From assembly GCA_963745075.1 (NCBI GenBank), contig CAVUWV010000027.1:128001-192000 (forward strand): a stretch of 64,000 nt of DNA. The letters are read 5' to 3'. Under the pieces are notes generated by a model. That model was not told the origin of the DNA and made no database searches. It saw nothing but the letters and a program-made list of their open reading frames with translations. Within the stretch, counting starts at the first letter, position 1, and the number at the start of each line of letters is the position of its first letter. Shown here in pieces: positions 31,500 through 41,226 of the stretch. The DNA is from Candidatus Hydrogenedentota bacterium. Its GTDB lineage: Bacteria; Hydrogenedentota; Hydrogenedentia; Hydrogenedentales; SLHB01. Both the position numbers and the translations under genes were made by a program.

Positions 31500-31751
31500 A
31501 TGACGATGGTCGTGACAATCTTACTTTCGATAGTAATTATCGCCGTGGCGATGTTGTTCCTGGCGATCGGCGTCATGTTTCGTGGGCGCTGCCTGCGCGG
31601 CACCTGCGGCGGCGACGGCGTTATCGGTCCCGACGGCGAGATTCTTACCTGCGATACGTGTCCGCGACGCAAAGAGTTGGAGCACGAGTTGGAACTCGCG
31701 AAGAAAGCACAGGCCCCCGAATCCAAGGAACCATCGCTGACTTCACGATGA
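31500..31751 (+). CDS. nqrM: NqrM-like Na+-NQR maturation protein
   Basis: Small protein with a single TM helix followed by GTCGG...CDTC, directly after apbE. Confidence 0.75.
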   Translation: MTMVVTILLSIVIIAVAMLFLAIGVMFRGRCLRGTCGGDGVIGPDGEILTCDTCPRRKELEHELELAKKAQAPESKEPSLTSR

Positions 31752-33080
31752 CCGGCGATCGTCTGGTTCCGGCTTCGCGGTCGCGACCTCAGAAATCACC
31801 CGATCGCGCCACGTAAGTGGAAACTGAAACCATTCCTGTTGCCACGCGAGAATTGCGAAACCCGTTCGCAAGACTCCGGCTGCGGGATGAAACCATTCCA
31901 GCAAGGGCCGCATCTTGGCCACCGAGCGAAATTCGCGTATTGCGAGCGCGCAACTCACATAGGCGGCCAACGCCGCCATGCCAAAAACGATCCACGAAAA
32001 CGCTCCGGCCGCGCCATAAGCAACTGCAAAAAAACTCGCGAGGAGCAGGGGAAAGGGCAAGACTTCCTGGAGAAGTGCATACGTAATCCGCATCTCGAGA
32101 AACGCCGGCTGCTGGCGGTATTGAATGCGCATCTTCCGGACCAGCGCCTTAACCATCGCCGCCAATCCCCGGTAGATGCGAACATGGACGGTCCGATTCG
32201 CCATCGCGACGCCCACCGTCGCTCCCGACGCCTTGACCACGGCGGCAAGATACGTGTCTTCCGGTTGGAGATTTCGAATTCGGGCATGTCCGCCGCTCGC
32301 AAGGTAGGTGCTTCGCTTTACCAGGATGAAGGGACCAATCCCAATTGGAGTCGCCGCCGGGTCCATCAGGTGCCCCGGCCGGGCATTGATGACAAGTCCC
32401 GCCCATGCCACCGGCAGGATCAATTCTTCCCACACGCTGCCATTGTCCACATAGAAAATGCCTGTCAGGAAGTCCAACGTTTCCTTTTCCGCGATTGCGA
32501 TCGCATTGCGAAGAGCATCCGGACCGAAGATCGCGTCGGCATCCGTGAGGAGCAGCCACGGGTATTCGGCATCCGACGCGTGTACGCCTTGCCAGATCGC
32601 GTTCGCTTTGCCCTGCCAGCCCTCCGGCAGCGGGGGGTCGTGGATCACGCGCACCCGCGGATCTTCCGATGCGATTTGATCCAGAATGGCAGGCGTCTCA
32701 TCGGTGGATCCGTCATTGATGGCGACGACCTCCAACCTCGGGTAATTCTGGGCGAGCAACGAACGCAGCCCGGCCTCGATGGAATCGGCTTCGTTGCGAG
32801 CGGGCACAATGACGGAAATTCCGGGCAGTGGCTCGTCGGCCGGCAGCGGTGAAGCCAGATCGGGAAGACCCCTTGCATTTCGCATGTATAACGACCGGAT
32901 GCTCCAGTTGCCGAGCGCCTGAACCCCCAGGACCCCCACGGCAATCCACCGGAACCACGGCGTATCCACGGCCGGCGCGATGGCCAACACGGCAATTCCC
33001 GCCCAGTTCAGCGCCACCGTGCGGCGGCGAACACGCGGCAACGCGCGCGGTTTGGGTTCGGTTTCGGCGATTGCCGGCAT
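31743..33080 (-). CDS. Membrane-associated glycosyltransferase family 2 (HpnB/CrtQ-like)
   Basis: SVIVPARNEA, INDGSTD, PEGWQGKANA, LTDAD, PEDT; TM segments at both ends. Confidence 0.85.
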   Translation of the reverse strand: MPAIAETEPKPRALPRVRRRTVALNWAGIAVLAIAPAVDTPWFRWIAVGVLGVQALGNWSIRSLYMRNARGLPDLASPLPADEPLPGISVIVPARNEADSIEAGLRSLLAQNYPRLEVVAINDGSTDETPAILDQIASEDPRVRVIHDPPLPEGWQGKANAIWQGVHASDAEYPWLLLTDADAIFGPDALRNAIAIAEKETLDFLTGIFYVDNGSVWEELILPVAWAGLVINARPGHLMDPAATPIGIGPFILVKRSTYLASGGHARIRNLQPEDTYLAAVVKASGATVGVAMANRTVHVRIYRGLAAMVKALVRKMRIQYRQQPAFLEMRITYALLQEVLPFPLLLASFFAVAYGAAGAFSWIVFGMAALAAYVSCALAIREFRSVAKMRPLLEWFHPAAGVLRTGFAILAWQQEWFQFPLTWRDRVISEVATAKPEPDDRRSS

Positions 33081-33165
33081 TTTGTCCTTTCTCGGAATGT
33101 TATGCGGGAGAGTCAGAGCCCGATTTTATGGACGATAGCGCCCCAGCGCAAATGCACCACCTCGA

Positions 33166-33194
33166 TTGACTCGCGGGTGGCCAACCCATACGAT
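33166..33194 (+). promoter_or_regulatory. Sigma70-type promoter of the MscK-like gene
   Basis: TTGACT-17 nt-TACGAT. Confidence 0.5.
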
Positions 33195-33224
33195 GAATAA
33201 CCAACGGTCGAATCAGTTGTACAG

Positions 33225-35624
33225 GTGATATTCATGTCGTTCCCCTACTCTCGATCCGCATTTCCCATCCGGCACGGTGCCGTCCGCAGATCTGGCGGTG
33301 CTCCATCGTATTTCCGGTTCTTGGTCGCGGCGCTTGTGTGGTTTTGCCTGGTAGCGCCACCGTCTCCCGCACAACTAACAATCCCTTCGTTATCCAGTTC
33401 TCCACAGGATACCGCCGAGACAACCCCAAAACCGGAGCCAACGGTAGAAGAACGCCAGACCGAACTCCGCACAAAGATAAAAGCGATGGATGATCGCATC
33501 GACGCCGCTGCCGCGCGGGAGACGCAGGAACAGGCCGACCAGTTAGGACTCAGTCTCTCGGCCCTGCAGGATCGAACACTCGGCTTGCGGCAATTGCGAA
33601 GCGTTTATGAAGACCATCTCAGTACCCTCGATCAACTCCAGGAAACTCGTCGTATGGTCGACGACTTGGCGCGCGAGAAGGCCGAATACCAGGGTCCAAC
33701 CGAACCACCGCCATATACCCCATGGTACGTCGATACCTTTCGCGACGCCGTATCCGCCAAGGAAGTTCAGCTCAATCTGGACAAACAATCCGTGGAACTC
33801 GCCCAAAATCGGCTGGAGCGAACCAAGAGCGATCTCACCAAGGCCGAAGCGTCCGTGGCCCTGGCCCGCAATCAAGCCGCGGCGTCCAGCGATCGGAGTG
33901 GGATGCCCGACCTTGAAAACAAAGTCCAGTCGGCACAGTCCAACGTCGAATTGTTGAAGGCGACCGTTTCTCTCAACGAACTCCAGGTTCAAGTTGCGCA
34001 GGAAAAAGCGAACCTGCGCGAGAAACAACTCGAATTCGAGAAACAAAAACTCGCGGATGCGGTAGCGCTCGAACGGTATCGTCCTGAAGACTTAGACAAG
34101 AAGAAGGAAGATATTGCGAAAGCTCGCGCGGACTTGAACGCCAAGTTGAAAGACGCCATCAAAGAGAAGGACGACGCCCAAAGCGCGTTATCTGAAGCGC
34201 GCGATGCCCAGGCGCAGGCGGCAACCGACCAGACCACGGCCGCAGCCTCGATGGACCTGTTGCGAGCCCGGTCCAACGCCGCCACCGACAAAGTGACCTC
34301 CCTGCGCGACCGTTTGGATTACTTGCTGCGTCAGGAGGACATGTGGTCGACGCGCTACAAGCTGCACCTTGGCGGCGATTTGTCCATTCCCGATGAGATT
34401 CAGCGCGCCGAAGATTACGCCGACTTCCTTAACTCCATTTTGCAGACCCGGACCGCCGACCTGGAAGGTGTGCGCGCCTCGCTGCGCGAGTGGGATCGTA
34501 AAGCATCAGCCGGTCCGGACCAGGAGACGGACACCTCCTTGGCCCGCAAAATCGTGCAAGTGCTCAATGGGCACCTGGATCTCTTTCGCTCCGGGCTTAC
34601 CGCTCTGACGGCCCAGCAACAAATCAACAAGCATTTGCTTGACGATTTGCAGGAAGCCCAACACCACCTTTCGCTGGGCGAGCGCCTTGGGCAGATTTGG
34701 GGCGCTACCGCGAATATCTGGTATCAAGAATTGCCAGTCGACATCGGCGGGGAACCGCTTTCGGTCCGGCAGATCGTTCTCGCTACGTTGATTCTGGTTA
34801 TTGGTTTTGGCTTTACCCGTGCCGCGCGACGATATCTGCACTCTATTGTCCGCTCCCGGACGCACGTGGATCTAAACGCCGCCGCCAGCATCGAGCGGCT
34901 GATTCATTACTTCCTGCTGATCCTCGTCGTCTTGTTCGCGATGAGTATGGTCGGCATCCCGCTCACCGCGTTCACCATCTTCGGCGGCGCGTTGGCCATC
35001 GGCGTTGGGTTCGGGGCGCAAAACCTCATCAACAACTTCATCAGCGGCTTGATCCTTATGATGGAGCGTCCCATCCGGATTGGCGATCTCGTCGAGGTTG
35101 ACGGCCGCTCCGGATTCATCGAAGAAATCGGCGCACGCTGCTCCCGTTTGCGCCAATTCTCCGGCGTGGATATCCTCGTTCCGAACAGTTCGTTCCTCGA
35201 AAAGTCGGTCATTAACTGGACTCTGTCCGATGCCAGGGTTCGCTGGGAAATCCGGGTCGGCGTTGCCTACGGATCGAACACCCGCGAAGCGCAGAAGCTT
35301 ATCTTGAAAGCGGTCGAAGAGCACGGCCGAGTCCTCGACGAACCGGAACCGCTGGTCGTGTTCTCCGATTTCGGCGACAGCGCCCTCATCTTCGATGCGT
35401 ACTTCTGGTTGACCATGGGGCCGGCAACCGATCCCCGCGTGGTTCGCAGCGACATCCGCCATCGCATCGACAAGTTGCTCAAGGAAGCCGGTATCGTGAT
35501 AGCCTTCCCGCAGCGAGACGTTCATTTGGATGTGGTGGGCCCCATAGAAATTCGAACCGCGCAGGCCGAACCCCCTGAAGCAGAGGAGCGCCCGTCCCTG
35601 CCGGGCGGAGATACGGAGGACTGA
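33225..35624 (+). CDS. MscS-family mechanosensitive channel with a long periplasmic coiled coil (MscK-like)
   Basis: GALAIGVGFGAQNLINNFISGLILMMERPIRIGD, VPNS, VGVAYGS, IAFPQRDVH; start uncertain. Confidence 0.92.
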   Translation: MIFMSFPYSRSAFPIRHGAVRRSGGAPSYFRFLVAALVWFCLVAPPSPAQLTIPSLSSSPQDTAETTPKPEPTVEERQTELRTKIKAMDDRIDAAAARETQEQADQLGLSLSALQDRTLGLRQLRSVYEDHLSTLDQLQETRRMVDDLAREKAEYQGPTEPPPYTPWYVDTFRDAVSAKEVQLNLDKQSVELAQNRLERTKSDLTKAEASVALARNQAAASSDRSGMPDLENKVQSAQSNVELLKATVSLNELQVQVAQEKANLREKQLEFEKQKLADAVALERYRPEDLDKKKEDIAKARADLNAKLKDAIKEKDDAQSALSEARDAQAQAATDQTTAAASMDLLRARSNAATDKVTSLRDRLDYLLRQEDMWSTRYKLHLGGDLSIPDEIQRAEDYADFLNSILQTRTADLEGVRASLREWDRKASAGPDQETDTSLARKIVQVLNGHLDLFRSGLTALTAQQQINKHLLDDLQEAQHHLSLGERLGQIWGATANIWYQELPVDIGGEPLSVRQIVLATLILVIGFGFTRAARRYLHSIVRSRTHVDLNAAASIERLIHYFLLILVVLFAMSMVGIPLTAFTIFGGALAIGVGFGAQNLINNFISGLILMMERPIRIGDLVEVDGRSGFIEEIGARCSRLRQFSGVDILVPNSSFLEKSVINWTLSDARVRWEIRVGVAYGSNTREAQKLILKAVEEHGRVLDEPEPLVVFSDFGDSALIFDAYFWLTMGPATDPRVVRSDIRHRIDKLLKEAGIVIAFPQRDVHLDVVGPIEIRTAQAEPPEAEERPSLPGGDTED

Positions 35625-35626
35625 AT

Positions 35627-37552
35627 GTGACGAACGCGTGGAAACGCGGTATCTGCCTCGGGATTCTACTGGCCATGGTGAGCGGCTTCGCCCACGCGCA
35701 AGACGTGGAACGGGTTCTCCGGTATCACTCGGACGTGACCGTACATCAAGACGCTTCGTTGACCGTCGTGGAAACGATCGCCGTTCGGTGCGAGCGCGAC
35801 CAGATCCGGCACGGCGTCTACCGCGACTTTCCCACCAAGTACCACGGTAAATGGTGGACACCCGTAACCGTGGGTTTTGAAATCGTCAGCCTCACGCGGG
35901 ACGGCAATCCGGAGCCGTACCATACGAAGAACGTCAGCAACGGCATTCGCACGTATTTCGGAAGCCAGGATGTCTTGCTTCCCATAGGCGAACACACCTA
36001 TGTCTTCACCTATAAGACGGACCAGCAACTCGGATTTTTCGACGGTTTCGACGAGCTGTATTGGAATGTGACCGGCAACGGCTGGCCGTTTCCCATCGAC
36101 GACGCCAGTGCAACCATCCATCTGCCGAAGGTCGTGCCCTCCGCCCTTCTCGATCTCAACGGCTACACCGGCCCGCAAGGCTCTAAGGAGCAAGCCTACG
36201 AGGCCGACGTGGCTGAGGACGGCGCCGTAAACTTCCGGACAACGCGTCCCTTGGACGAGCGGGAAGGGCTGACCATCGTCGTCGGTTTCCCAAAGAATTT
36301 AGTCGCGGCGCCCGATCCGAATGCGTTCTACAAGGCCATCGCGGCTCGTCTTGTCGTCGACTTGTCCCGTCTGATGGGTGCATTACTGGTCTTCGGGTAT
36401 TTCATCATCGTGTGGTTCCTGGTGGGAAAAGACCCGCCCCCCGGACAGATTGTGCCGCAGCCAGCGCCGCCCCAGGGTATCAGCCCCGCCGCCGCGCGGT
36501 ACCTCGAACGTATGGGATTCGACAAGAAGACATTCACCGCGGCGCTCGTCAGTCTCGGCGTGAAAGGCTATGTGCGAATCGACGAAGACGACGACACGTA
36601 CACGGTATCGAAACAACACCCCCCCGACGCCAGCCTTCCCCCGGAAGAGCGCGCCCTGATGAAGAAACTGCTGGGTCACGAAGACGCCATCGTACTGAAA
36701 CGCACCAACCACCAGAAAGTCTCCACCGCGCTGAATGCATGCCAGAGCGCTTTGAAACTGGACTTCCAGAAGACCTACTTCATCACCAACGTCAAGTACT
36801 GGTTTCCGGGTCTGATCCTGTCGCTCGTCGTGCTGGCCGGCGCCATAATATCCCTCCCTCGCAGTTCCGGAGCGCCAGTCGTCTTCCTCGCGATTTGGCT
36901 GAGTATTTGGACAATCGGCGTGATTGCACTGGGGTCAACCGTGTTCGCCCTGTGGTGGCAGGTGCTGTCCGGTAAGGGAGGAATCGCGCAGGCCTTATTC
37001 ATGACGGTCTTTTCAACCCCGTTCTTCATTGCCGAAGTCGTCGTAGGCGGCGTCTTTATCTATCAGGCCTCCTGGGTCGTGGTGGCCTTGGTGATCCTGC
37101 TCGCCGTTTCCAACGTAGTCTTCTACCGTCTCCTGAAAGCCCCCACCCGGCTGGGCCGACAGACTTTGGACGTCTTGGACGGATACAAGCAATACCTCTC
37201 CGGCGAACGCTGGTCCCGTTACGGCGGCACGGCTGAAGAGGTGACTCCAGGGATGTTCGAGGAACACCTCGCCTACGCCATCGCCCTGGATGTTGAAGAC
37301 GACTGGTCCAAGCGCTTCGAAGGCGTACTCGGCGCCGCCGGAACCTCCGATACCAACCGGTCGCCCCACTGGTATCACGGAAACAACTGGAATAACCAGA
37401 ACCCCGCCCTGTTTGCGAACGCCCTCGGGACATCCCTGTCCACCGCGATTGCGTCCGCCTCGACCGCCCCCGGCTCTTCCTCCGGCGGCAGCAGCGGAGG
37501 TGGCGGTTCCTCCGGCGGAGGCGGCGGAGGAGGAGGCGGCGGCGGCTGGTAA
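35627..37552 (+). CDS. DUF2207 family membrane protein
   Basis: Signal peptide, DELYWNVTGNGW, several TM helices, LAYAIAL, Gly/Ser-rich tail ending GGGGGW. Confidence 0.92.
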   Translation: MTNAWKRGICLGILLAMVSGFAHAQDVERVLRYHSDVTVHQDASLTVVETIAVRCERDQIRHGVYRDFPTKYHGKWWTPVTVGFEIVSLTRDGNPEPYHTKNVSNGIRTYFGSQDVLLPIGEHTYVFTYKTDQQLGFFDGFDELYWNVTGNGWPFPIDDASATIHLPKVVPSALLDLNGYTGPQGSKEQAYEADVAEDGAVNFRTTRPLDEREGLTIVVGFPKNLVAAPDPNAFYKAIAARLVVDLSRLMGALLVFGYFIIVWFLVGKDPPPGQIVPQPAPPQGISPAAARYLERMGFDKKTFTAALVSLGVKGYVRIDEDDDTYTVSKQHPPDASLPPEERALMKKLLGHEDAIVLKRTNHQKVSTALNACQSALKLDFQKTYFITNVKYWFPGLILSLVVLAGAIISLPRSSGAPVVFLAIWLSIWTIGVIALGSTVFALWWQVLSGKGGIAQALFMTVFSTPFFIAEVVVGGVFIYQASWVVVALVILLAVSNVVFYRLLKAPTRLGRQTLDVLDGYKQYLSGERWSRYGGTAEEVTPGMFEEHLAYAIALDVEDDWSKRFEGVLGAAGTSDTNRSPHWYHGNNWNNQNPALFANALGTSLSTAIASASTAPGSSSGGSSGGGGSSGGGGGGGGGGGW

Positions 37553-37565
37553 AACGGCGCCCGCC

Positions 37566-37587
37566 GATCCGTCGGATCCGTCCGATC
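37566..37587. repeat. Short 9-nt tandem repeat (GATCCGTCG-like)
   Basis: gatccgtcg gatccgtcc gatc between convergent genes. Confidence 0.5.
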
Positions 37588-37648
37588 TCATTCCACGGGA
37601 GGTAGGACCGTCATTTGTCCTCCTACTTCCGGTCTCCGGACTCCAGCC

Positions 37649-38830
37649 TCATTCCATAATCCACTCCGGCGTGAACGCGGCGTGCTTGATCGACTTTTCA
37701 TCTCTGCCTATGTGGTAACTGTACGTCATGTGCACACGGCCGTCCGTACCCTCGAACATACCGGGATACGCGAACGCACCCTCGCCCGGCTCGGCACGTT
37801 CCACGTCGCGCTTCCACTTCCACGTATTGCCTTCGTCATCCGATAACGCCAGTGCGAGGACATGACGCCCCAAATCCGCGTCGTTGAACGCCATGACCCA
37901 GCGGCCGTCCTTCAACGCGATCACCGCCAGGCTCGACCCCGGATTCGGGATATCCGTGTCGACCGCCGGCGTCCACGTCATGCCGTCGTCCGTCGATTCG
38001 CTCCACAAGGCCCGTTTCGGCAGGCCGCCGCTGTCCCGCATGTAGGAATAGAGCGTGCCGTCCTTCTTGCGCACCACTGCGGGCTGAATCGGCCCCATCC
38101 CGACGATAGGCAGGCTCGGCTTCCACGTTTCGCCCATATCGTCCGAGATCGCCATCAGCGACATGTTGAACCCGTCCGAATACAGCGGCACCAGGATTCG
38201 GCCCGACGGCAGCGCGATGGGATTCTGCCGCGTCATCCAGCCCTCTTCCCGTTTCGCCTTGTCCTCGGACGCCTCGATGATCATGCGCGAATACGGCGGG
38301 GCATACTCGGCCCACAGATACTCCGGCGGGTTCAACTCCTCGAACGCTTTCTTCGTCGCCTCGACGAACTCCTCGCCCGGCTTCAGGAGAATGGCGTCCT
38401 GCCACGACCAATCCGGCGGACCGTCGCCCTGGTACGCTTCCGCGCGCCGGTATTTCAGTAGCGAATGTTCCCACGCGTTGGCCCGCACCGCGATCCAGAA
38501 CAGCCACAGCCGTTGCTGCGGATCGATGAAGAGCACCGGATTGCAGTCCGGCGTGAACGGTGTGTCCGCCATAACGAATGGCGCACTCCATTCCGACGCG
38601 CCCTTCTTCATCCGCGCGCCCTGGATCAACACGTCGTTTGCGCTCCGCTCGCCGGACCCGTAAAACCACGCCGCCAACAAATCCCCGTTCGGACACTCCA
38701 CGATCGTGCTGCCGTGCACGTGTTTGCCCTGCACCGGAAAGATCAGCTCCGACGTCAACGTCCCCTCGGCCCAAACCGGCCCCACCGCCAGCACCGCCGC
38801 TACCATCCCGAAAAACCATAGCTTCTTCAC
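37649..38830 (-). CDS. Exported BNR/Asp-box sialidase-fold protein
   Basis: Signal peptide; Asp-boxes SDDMGETW, STDDGMTW, SDDEGNTW; no FRIP motif seen. Confidence 0.85.
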   Translation of the reverse strand: MKKLWFFGMVAAVLAVGPVWAEGTLTSELIFPVQGKHVHGSTIVECPNGDLLAAWFYGSGERSANDVLIQGARMKKGASEWSAPFVMADTPFTPDCNPVLFIDPQQRLWLFWIAVRANAWEHSLLKYRRAEAYQGDGPPDWSWQDAILLKPGEEFVEATKKAFEELNPPEYLWAEYAPPYSRMIIEASEDKAKREEGWMTRQNPIALPSGRILVPLYSDGFNMSLMAISDDMGETWKPSLPIVGMGPIQPAVVRKKDGTLYSYMRDSGGLPKRALWSESTDDGMTWTPAVDTDIPNPGSSLAVIALKDGRWVMAFNDADLGRHVLALALSDDEGNTWKWKRDVERAEPGEGAFAYPGMFEGTDGRVHMTYSYHIGRDEKSIKHAAFTPEWIME

Positions 38831-39040
38831 GATTCGCTCCTCATGAGTTAAGTCATTACATACCCCAAACCATAGCGCAAAACGCTGCCCGAGGTCGATC
38901 CCTTTGCCAGAAGACCATTAGCCGCAACCAGATCCGAAATCCGAGGCAAATCTCGATGTTCCAACTGGGGAGACGATCGAAACGCGGAGCGGTCATCGTG
39001 TGGCTTGGGCGTCGGATTCGGGAACGTTGTTTGACTGAGC

Positions 39041-39105
39041 ATACACGGACTTACACGGACGATATGGACGATATGGACGATATGGACGATGTGGACGATG
39101 TGGAC
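39041..39105. repeat. Composite tandem array: 2x (N)TACACGGAC + 5x GAT(A/G)TGGAC
   Basis: Read directly from the sequence. Confidence 0.9.
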
Positions 39106-39803
39106 GGACAAGGGCTACTCAAACCTGGCTTCGCCAGTGGGTTCTGGTGTGGTGGTGGATGGGCCGGTGTAGATGGCTTCGGCGTGGGCTCGGATGGGGG
39201 AACCGATGGGGAAGGTTTCGGGCGGTATCTTGCCGTTTGTGAAGAGGTCGAGGAAGTGGTGGAACGGATTGTTGGACTCTTCGTTTGTTGTGTGATCGGT
39301 GGTTGTGGGATCTTCTCTCTTTCGCGGGGAGGGGCGGGAGATGGAGGTTGCCGAGGATGAGTTCGGCGAGTTCTTCGGACACGGAGTGTTTGGCGGGGCG
39401 GTAACTGGCGAGGACGTGGTCGCGTTCGGACTCGGCGTAGGGTTCGTCGATGAGGGCGGCGTTGTCGAAGGCTTCGCACATTTCCACGTCGCGGCCTTGG
39501 CCACCGGCGAGGGCAGCGCGTTGGATGTAGGCTTTGGCGTGGGTCTCGGGGGTTTGGGGATCGAGTTGGGCGTCGGCGATGGAATCGGGGTCGAGGCCGG
39601 TGTCGTGTTGGGTGCGTTGGGCGTGGCGGAGGATGCCGTCGGGCGAGGGGGTTGCGACGTGGCAGTTTTGACGATTCAAGGGGGTCAACCCCGGTGTTTG
39701 GAGGAGTTTCAGGGTTGCGCGGTATTCGCGCATGAGGCGGGTGAAGGCGAGGATGGCGTTGGGGTTAGGGTCTTCGGGGGGACAGGATTCGGGAGAGGAA
39801 GAA

Positions 39804-39826
39804 CACGGGCGGGACGCCCGTGCCCC
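39804..39826. repeat. REP-like palindrome inside coding sequence
   Basis: CACGGGCG-GGA-CGCCCGTG-CCCC, encoding GARASRPC on the minus strand. Confidence 0.65.
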
Positions 39827-40103
39827 AGGGGGGGAAGGCCATGCTTCATAGGAAGACCAGAGGTTGGGGGCCTGGGCGAGTTGGGTGGTGGCGGCGTTGA
39901 CGAGGACTTGGAGCATGGCAACGTTGTGGGCGGTGTGGATGCCCATGGGGTTGGGGTGGGGTTGGGATTCGACGATGGCTAGGGCGTCAGTGAGGACGGA
40001 GTTGTATTCGGCGAGTTGGTAGGGGCAGGTGGGAGATTGCGAAAATGGGTCCCCATGTTCGCCGGATTCGCGAGGCTTAGGAGGAGGTGTGGAATACGAA
40101 GAT

Positions 40104-40130
40104 GGGGACCCCGCTTTCGCGGGGATGACG
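40104..40130. repeat. REP/dRS3-like palindrome inside coding sequence
   Basis: Minus strand GTCATCCCCGCGAAAGCGGGGTCCCC, encoding VIPAKAGS; hairpin CCCCGC-GAAA-GCGGGG. Confidence 0.7.
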
Positions 40131-40577
40131 ATTTGGGTGGGGAGTTGGGTCGCCGTGTTGCCCGCGGTCACGAAGACGAGGATGACGAGCATTATGGGGC
40201 GCGGTGCGGTTGGCGATGGGACAATTCTCCCAGTGGGGGCAGTTGGGGGTGCAGGTTCGTAGGCGGCGGGAGTAGAGGCCGTGGATGACGTGGTTGCGGT
40301 TGCCGGGGGGTGCGCCGGTGAGGTCGAAGCCGCCGTGGAATTGGCAGCGTCCGGAGGGGTGGTCGGAGGCGTTGGTGCAAGGGGTGGCGTCGGGGAGTCG
40401 GGCGCCGCAGATTCGGTGGTTGCGTTCGGATTCTTTGGTGTTGACGGTGGCGATCCAGTCGTTGGTCCAGGAACGGGCGCAGGGGGTGCCGAGGGTGGTG
40501 TGTGTAGACATGGTTCTGGTTCCTATTGGTTGCAGTCCTTCTATCTAGATAGGCCGGGGTGTTGCAGTGGGGGAGGC

Positions 40578-40609
40578 GATTGCGGATTTCGGATTGCGGA
40601 CTGCGGATT
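40578..40609. repeat. 7-nt tandem repeat GATTGCG-like
   Basis: gattgcg gatttcg gattgcg gactgcg gatt. Confidence 0.75.
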
Positions 40610-40650
40610 AGGGAAGAAGGCTGGCGGCGGCTGGCGGTTGGGCATTTGAA

Positions 40651-40774
40651 GAACACGGACCTACACGGACCTACACGGACCTACACGGACCTACACGGAC
40701 CTACACGGACAGACGCGGACGAGATGGACGAGGTGGACGAGGTAGACGAGGTGGACGAGGTGGACGGGATGGAC
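40651..40774. repeat. Composite tandem array: CTACACGGAC x5 (+2 degenerate) + 6x GAGGTGGAC-like
   Basis: Read directly; same architecture and orientation as 39041-39105. Confidence 0.92.
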
Positions 40775-40811
40775 GGAGATTCTCGCTGCTGAAAGCGAGA
40801 TAGAGAGGGTC

Positions 40812-40838
40812 CACAGATTACATAGATTTGCACCGATT
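40812..40838. repeat. CACAGATT-like 9-10 nt tandem repeat
   Basis: cacagatta catagatttg caccgatt. Confidence 0.6.
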
Positions 40839-41226
40839 GAAGAGGCAAGAATTTGAGACTTGAGGAGAGGGTAGCCGTTGCGGGACAAAGACATTCAGAA
40901 TCAGGAACTTACCCAGAGATCGGCGCACGAAGACTCGTGAGGCTTACAAAGATTCTTCCAGATCGGAGTACAGAAGAGAAAGAACGCGCCCGCTCTTTGC
41001 GTTCTTTTGGGGCAATTTACTCTTGAATGATTGTGATATCCACCGAGGTCAGAGAATCCTTCCGATTGAGATTCCATCTATCGAAACTACCGAACCTGAC
41101 CGGTCTGGCCTGAAAGGCTGCTACATGATAGCTCGGGGCAAAGCGTAGCGTCGCCCCGAGTCACGTTGGCCCCAAATAACAAAGCGCTGAAAGTGAGGAA
41201 CAGACCTTTCACACGCCCCGCTAGCC

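Larger units (their letters stand above)
39115..40511 (-). pseudogene. HGG-motif (HGGxSTG-like) Cys/His-rich protein split over three reading frames
   Basis: ORF 40077-40511: CGARLPDATPC...GRCQFHGGFDLTGAPPGNRNHVIHGLYS...CTPNCPHWENCP. Plausible continuation in ORF 39119-40192 (TCPYQLAEYNSVLTDA...) and the C-terminus of ORF 39115-39504. Could be an intact gene with sequencing errors, or two genes. Confidence 0.55.

Noticed and set aside
37480..37550. GGC-rich simple repeat
   Set aside because: Encodes the normal Gly-rich C-terminal tail of DUF2207 proteins.
39041..40774. CRISPR array
   Set aside because: Repeat units are 9-10 nt and directly adjacent, with no unique spacers and no cas genes.
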